A stretch of DNA of 64,000 nucleotides from Thermoprotei archaeon (lineage in GTDB: Archaea; Thermoproteota; Thermoprotei; QMSL01): NCBI GenBank assembly GCA_003650925.1, contig QMSP01000006.1:18971-82970 (forward strand). Direction: 5' to 3'. Positions 59,400-64,000 of this stretch are shown one piece after another (positions within the stretch are counted from its first letter, which is position 1; the number at the start of each line of letters is the position of its first letter). The translations under genes and the position numbers were made by a program. Under the pieces are notes generated by a model. That model was given only the letters and a program-made list of their open reading frames with translations, searched no databases and was not told the DNA's origin.

Positions 59400-59861
59400 T
59401 TATCTTCTTCTCCTGAAGAACTTTCTCAAAGGTAGGAGTCTATCTGGAACTTTCTCCATGTACTTCGCATATGAATCCCCAAACTTCTCTAACATCGATC
59501 TCTCCTCCTTGACTGCAAGGAGATAATGATGAATTGTTAAGAGGAGCGCGATTATTAGTGCAGGTATGCTGCCGAAGGCTATGGCGACGCCAAAGAACAT
59601 TAGCATCAGGCCTAGATAGCCTGGATGTCTAACCCATGAGTACACACCTTGCGTAGCTATGTAGTCGATCGCTTTGGTATCCTCATGGGCCTTGGGATGA
59701 GCCTTATGGCTAAGATAGTGAACAAAAGAGCCTAGAGCGAACAGCGCCCAGCCAAGAGCGCAAAGTATATGATTAATAGTGTTGAGGCCCAGAGGGAACC
59801 CTATGAACACGCCTAGAAACAGTAAGCTCCATACAATGACGAACTCAATAGGTCTCCTCAA
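59400..59861 (-). CDS. ICMT/PEMT family membrane methyltransferase, copy 2
   Basis: YSWVRHPGYLG...EERSMLEKFGDSYAKYMEKVP. Confidence 0.7.
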   Translation of the reverse strand: MRRPIEFVIVWSLLFLGVFIGFPLGLNTINHILCALGWALFALGSFVHYLSHKAHPKAHEDTKAIDYIATQGVYSWVRHPGYLGLMLMFFGVAIAFGSIPALIIALLLTIHHYLLAVKEERSMLEKFGDSYAKYMEKVPDRLLPLRKFFRRRR

Positions 59862-59925
59862 GTGCTTGCACCTCCACTAGAAATAGGGCTAGTGAGAAGT
59901 ACTAAGAGTTTCTTGCAATGCCCTC

Positions 59926-60681
59926 TTATTCCCTCCTCCATATCCTTATCCTTGGTATTAATCTTCCTGTCCTCCTCATGTATGAGATGTACTCCTGTCC
60001 AAATCTCTCGATCAATGCCCTTTCCTCTCTGGGCATCCTCCTTACAATGATAGCTGCCGTCAGCAGGTAGTTGACTAGAAACAGTATGTTAGCAGTCACT
60101 AACATCCATGACATGAAGTATATCAGATGTGCAGTATATATTGGATGCCTTATCCATCTATAAGGACCGCTTGTTACGAGTTTGTGCTCCTCTCTAAACT
60201 CTATGGTTATACTCCAGTACTTGTCAAGAGTGTGATGAGCCCAAGCAAGCAGTATTAGGCCTGGGATGCCAATGATGAAGCCAAGCCAACGAATCTCATG
60301 AGGAAGCCAAAGCTGAAGCCAGGCAAAGGATGGTAAGAGGAATAGATAGATGACAAGTCCCGCCAACACCACTGCTCCCTGCCCTAGAAGCAGTAATGTC
60401 CCAAGATAACCTTCAGTCTCGAGGAGAAGTCTGAGCCTCTCTTTTAAAGGGCGCTTTTCAACATGGGAGCGTGCTCTATGAACATATAGACCGCGAATGA
60501 GAGTACCAGGAATGAACAAGATGAGAAATAACATCTTGTAGATAAACTCCTCGGATAAAGCACTGTTCATGTGCAGTCCTCCACCATATGTAAGTCTCTG
60601 GCCTTGGCAAAATATGCGTTCTCCACGAAGAAAAGCAGTCAGGTGATGTGAACGTGAAGGGCAAGTTCCCTTGTCAAGCAC
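59926..60681 (-). CDS. ICMT/PEMT family membrane methyltransferase, copy 3
   Basis: YRWIRHPIYTA...EERALIERFGQEYISYMRRT. The true start is probably the internal Met (MNSALSEEF...). Confidence 0.6.
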   Translation of the reverse strand: MLDKGTCPSRSHHLTAFLRGERIFCQGQRLTYGGGLHMNSALSEEFIYKMLFLILFIPGTLIRGLYVHRARSHVEKRPLKERLRLLLETEGYLGTLLLLGQGAVVLAGLVIYLFLLPSFAWLQLWLPHEIRWLGFIIGIPGLILLAWAHHTLDKYWSITIEFREEHKLVTSGPYRWIRHPIYTAHLIYFMSWMLVTANILFLVNYLLTAAIIVRRMPREERALIERFGQEYISYMRRTGRLIPRIRIWRRE

Positions 60682-60753
60682 AGCTCCAGCTAGGACTGAG
60701 CTATAGTAAATCTTATATCTTGGTAACTTATATATCTAGATAGATGAGTAGAT

Positions 60754-61125
60754 ATGTTTTACCATCACGAGAGGCACTTTGATTGCCATTACAGAAGGAG
60801 AGGTCCAGGCCATAGTATCATGCCTGTCAGAGGCCTACTTCACCTGGCTATTCTAAAGATAGTCAAGGAGGGGCCTACTTATGGAAGCGAGATCCAGCGC
60901 ATTCTTAAGGAGAGGTTCTCAATAGATGTTCCAAGAGCCATAATCTACAGCCTGCTTCAAAGGCTGGAAGGTCACGGACTCTTAGTCTCGACTTGGGATA
61001 CAAGTGGAAGAGGCCCTGCTAGAAGAGTCTATAGGATAACTGAGGAAGGCGAAGATTATCTAAAAGACGCCTTGGAGAAGCTCTCCCAAGTAAGGGACAT
61101 GATAGACCGCCTGACATCTAGCTAA
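60754..61125 (+). CDS. PadR-family transcriptional regulator
   Basis: LHLAILKIVKEGPTYGSEIQRILKER...RRVYRITEEGEDYL is a PadR winged helix. It is divergent from the ICMT triplet. Confidence 0.75.
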   Translation: MFYHHERHFDCHYRRRGPGHSIMPVRGLLHLAILKIVKEGPTYGSEIQRILKERFSIDVPRAIIYSLLQRLEGHGLLVSTWDTSGRGPARRVYRITEEGEDYLKDALEKLSQVRDMIDRLTSS

Positions 61126-61267
61126 AGACGACAAAGTACATCGATGTGGTCATAGATGACCATGGTCATAGGATAGTCTGAGAGAAATATGAAGATGGAC
61201 TTGAACTGTTATTTAAAACCGAGAGGTTAAAGCTCACAGAAGAAACTGTAAATAGGCGGGTGTATAG

Positions 61268-62440
61268 ATGAGCATGCTCAAGCCACTCACGCTACTATCG
61301 ATAGCTGGATTGGTTGCTATACTGAGCTCCACAGCTTCAAAGTCTCCTACACTGCCTCTTTTTGCAGAATATCTAGGCGCATCCCCTAGTGAAATCGGAC
61401 TTATAGCAGCTGCGTCGACGATAACTGGGGTACTGGTCAATATCACAGCGGGTACCCTCTCGGACTTATACGGCAGAAGGAGGCTGCTCATCTCATCAGG
61501 CTTCTTCTTCGCAACAGCACCTTTTCTATATCTATTCATAACGAAGCCCTGGCAGCTAATAGTCGTCAGAGTATATCATGGCATTGCAACAGCGGTCTTC
61601 ACGCCAGTGGCCATAGCGGCCATAGCTGATATTTATCATGAGCGCAGAGGTGAGATGATGGGCTTCTTCTCATCAGCAACTCTACTTGGAAGATTACTGG
61701 CCCCATCCATAGCAGGAACCATGATAACGCTTTACTCATTTCATGAAACATATGCCCTATGTGGAGTCTTCGGCATAGCTGCTTTAGCTACACTCTTGAG
61801 GTTCCCGAAGACAATGACAACTGAAATGAGGAGCACGAGGAGGGAGACAGATGTTCGATTACTAAGCGTTCTTGCTAATCCGAGAATAGTAGCTGCAAGC
61901 AGCATCATGGCCTTACCCTACTTCGCTATGCAGAGCATAGAGACCTTTCTGCCTCTCTACATGAGGACACTTGAAGTAGAGCCTGTGCTCATAGGAATTG
62001 CACTAACCATTGAACTAGCTGTGATAGCACTTCTTAAGCCATATGGAGGCCATTTATATGATCGGGTTGGTGAAGGAAAAGTCATAGGTCTGGGAATTCT
62101 ATTATCAGCCTTAGGAGTCCTAGCAATAGCCTTCTCAACTACGTACGTTCTTATATTGACATCCATCATATTGTTCGCTATAGGAGTGGCTTTCACAACA
62201 GCCTCTGTTCCACCACTAATCTCAAGAATTGCAGGAGAGAAGGCTCATGGAACAGCTTTGGGCGCCATGGAGACCATAAAGGATATCGGACAAGCTCTTG
62301 GACCAATAGTGATGGGCATCATGCTGACATATATATCATACTCCTCAACATTCATCGTAGTAGCCATGATAATATCGTCTGCAGCCCTACTCAGTGTTCT
62401 ACTTCGCAGGAAAGCTTTAGACAGAAAGACTTTATCCTAG
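61268..62440 (+). CDS. major facilitator superfamily transporter
   Basis: 12 TM helices with an LSDLYGRRR-type MFS loop motif. Confidence 0.7.
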   Translation: MSMLKPLTLLSIAGLVAILSSTASKSPTLPLFAEYLGASPSEIGLIAAASTITGVLVNITAGTLSDLYGRRRLLISSGFFFATAPFLYLFITKPWQLIVVRVYHGIATAVFTPVAIAAIADIYHERRGEMMGFFSSATLLGRLLAPSIAGTMITLYSFHETYALCGVFGIAALATLLRFPKTMTTEMRSTRRETDVRLLSVLANPRIVAASSIMALPYFAMQSIETFLPLYMRTLEVEPVLIGIALTIELAVIALLKPYGGHLYDRVGEGKVIGLGILLSALGVLAIAFSTTYVLILTSIILFAIGVAFTTASVPPLISRIAGEKAHGTALGAMETIKDIGQALGPIVMGIMLTYISYSSTFIVVAMIISSAALLSVLLRRKALDRKTLS

Positions 62441-62635
62441 GCCAAAGCCACTAATGGCCTGAAGTTGAGGCTCACTTGACATCGCTCCACTGAAGAAGTA
62501 TTCCTGAGATTCCCTCAGAGGATAGGCATTGTAAAACTTGTCATAATTAAAGTCAAAATCCTTAAGTTCTTGGGTACTAGCTAGGATTTGTAGAAGAGGT
62601 GCGGTTGAGCACTAAGTCTTAACCAGGAGCTAGAG

Positions 62636-63088
62636 GTGTTGAGAATGCCTAGCCTCTTCGACCTCCTTACCCTAGTGAAGCATGTTCTAGCCAGCTATGT
62701 GCTTGTCTGGACTATAGCGACTCCTGCTATTCTACTAGCCCTATCCATATGTAGGGTGTCGTTCACGACAGACTATGAGACATTAATGAGCAGTATTCCA
62801 CCATATCTAAGCACTATGATCGTCTGTTCATCAGCCATTCCAAGCTACTATATTCCTGCAAGTTGCTACTTCAAGAAAGTTAAGCGAAAGATAACCATTG
62901 GCTTCATCGTGATCATAGCCTTAGCCTTCTGGGGACTGAGCATGCTTCTAGACCTTGTACTCGTAGTCATGATATTTGGAATTAACATACTCACCTATCC
63001 CTTCAACTGGATCTACCCCAGCGTGAGCCCTCTAATGATAGCATCTGTGTATTTGGCAGGAATAAGGACTCTTTATAGGGTAGAATGA
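62636..63088 (+). CDS. hypothetical small membrane protein
   Basis: 4 predicted TM helices; no family recognised. Confidence 0.3.
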   Translation: MLRMPSLFDLLTLVKHVLASYVLVWTIATPAILLALSICRVSFTTDYETLMSSIPPYLSTMIVCSSAIPSYYIPASCYFKKVKRKITIGFIVIIALAFWGLSMLLDLVLVVMIFGINILTYPFNWIYPSVSPLMIASVYLAGIRTLYRVE

Positions 63089-63181
63089 GAAGGCGTTGAT
63101 GTCGTAGGCCAGCTTGTCGAGGAATTCAACATGAAAGGGTTGGCTACGCACAATGCTATTTTCCTTAGGACTATGAGAACC

Positions 63182-63979
63182 TCATTTACTCACTGATATC
63201 CTCAGAGCAAGAGTTGCAGCTATGTAAAGTATTGGAATGGCTAAGCCTATGCACATCAGGACCACACCTAGCTGGAACTTCTCTAATGATATCTCTGAGA
63301 CAACTCTATATACATGAGCAGTTGGGTCTCTATAAGCATCTCTAACTACCTGGAACGGTACGTATACGCTCTCCTTATATACACGCCTAACAGCTACTCT
63401 GAGGTGCCTGATATATGCCGCCTCTGTGAACACGATCTCTAATTCAAAGGTTGCTGGCACATGCCCCGTTAGATCGTGCGAGAAACCACCAGCAACTACA
63501 TATCTATAACCATGTACAGCAGTTTCGTTCTTCACAATATCTAGCTTCAGGGCCTCACCAATATCTACCACCTTATGGCTGAGCTCAAAGTGGGAAGTAA
63601 GGTTCGCCAAGAACCTTACGCTTCCATTATTGTATACTTGGTAAAGATGAATCTTGAAAGGAGGGCGCTTCAAAACATGACCGCTGGGCGTGAAGAGCCC
63701 TGTCTTGATGCAGAGCATGTAGCCTATTGATAGGAGAAACCTCTCCTGCTCCTTCTGCCCTGGCTCCAGAGCGAAGCTGTACTTCAATACTTCGCCTGGA
63801 GCAGCAATTGTGTCCCCAATAGTCTTGCCGAACACTGTAACCTCATACACCTCAGTAATGTTTCCAGGCTCAACTATCTCAAAATGGTATTCTGGCACCC
63901 TAACCACGTCATAGCTTATCTCAACGCCTATCAACGTTAAATATACGCCAAATAGCATCAGAACTATTGAGATGAGCAT
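63182..63979 (-). CDS. hypothetical protein with N- and C-terminal TM segments and an extracytoplasmic middle domain
   Basis: Hydrophobic at both ends with a beta-rich centre; no family recognised. Confidence 0.4.
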   Translation of the reverse strand: MLISIVLMLFGVYLTLIGVEISYDVVRVPEYHFEIVEPGNITEVYEVTVFGKTIGDTIAAPGEVLKYSFALEPGQKEQERFLLSIGYMLCIKTGLFTPSGHVLKRPPFKIHLYQVYNNGSVRFLANLTSHFELSHKVVDIGEALKLDIVKNETAVHGYRYVVAGGFSHDLTGHVPATFELEIVFTEAAYIRHLRVAVRRVYKESVYVPFQVVRDAYRDPTAHVYRVVSEISLEKFQLGVVLMCIGLAIPILYIAATLALRISVSK

Positions 63980-64000
63980 GATTACAGTAAATAGTTGCAG

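Noticed and set aside
1-64000. CRISPR arrays, rRNA genes, IS-type transposases, integrases
   Set aside because: No spaced direct repeats, no rRNA-like conserved stretches and no transposase or integrase motifs were seen on visual inspection. The only mobile-element-like gene is the LAGLIDADG-like ORF.

Overview
This window is archaeal chromosome, almost certainly from a Crenarchaeota/Thermoprotei-type hyperthermophile at roughly 45% GC; the lineage is my inference from gene content and archaeal r-protein families, not something the sequence proves. Several starts are GTG or TTG and several genes look leaderless. It carries the core information-processing neighbourhood: the 3' end of rpoB, rpoA1 (A'), rpoA2 (A''), rpl30e, nusA, then rps12, rpoD, rpl18e, rpl13, rps9, an inverted rpoN, rps2, a Memo-like gene, mevalonate kinase and IPP isomerase. 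A minus-strand block follows: S11-S4-S13, cbf5 (split by a 22-nt intron), L14e, cmk, L34e and a DUF106 protein. Then come EF-1alpha, rps10, one tRNA-Ser(UGA), a MarR-like regulator, archease and RtcB, rps7, RFC small and large subunits, truA, an ArsR regulator and Orc1/Cdc6. The right half, about 28-64 kb, is accessory and metabolic: HAD hydrolase, deoC, a CDF transporter, a SAMP-like small protein beside an E1-like adenylyltransferase, an isochorismatase, MFS transporters, a Zn-ribbon/GNAT/ABC-ATPase fusion, GDPD, an amidohydrolase, two large hypothetical proteins, a Zn-ADH, an M24 peptidase, a nagA/GH4/racemase/glycosidase sugar cluster, and three tandem ICMT-family membrane methyltransferases next to a PadR regulator. 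Signals read directly from the sequence: (1) cbf5 is interrupted by a 22-nt insert, and removing it recreates the conserved GTLDPKV active-site motif; (2) a roughly 1.9-kb insertion between nusA and rps12 carries a free-standing double-motif LAGLIDADG-like ORF plus a GC-rich structured element; (3) three unannotated C/D-box sRNAs with canonical box spacing, two of them exact; (4) a perfect 25-bp palindrome over the TATA region of the MarR-like gene; (5) the GNAT/ABC-ATPase fusion ORF continues the reading frame of an upstream 97-aa ORF across a single TGA. No CRISPR array and no rRNA were found. All coordinates derive from hand inspection and may be off by a few nt.
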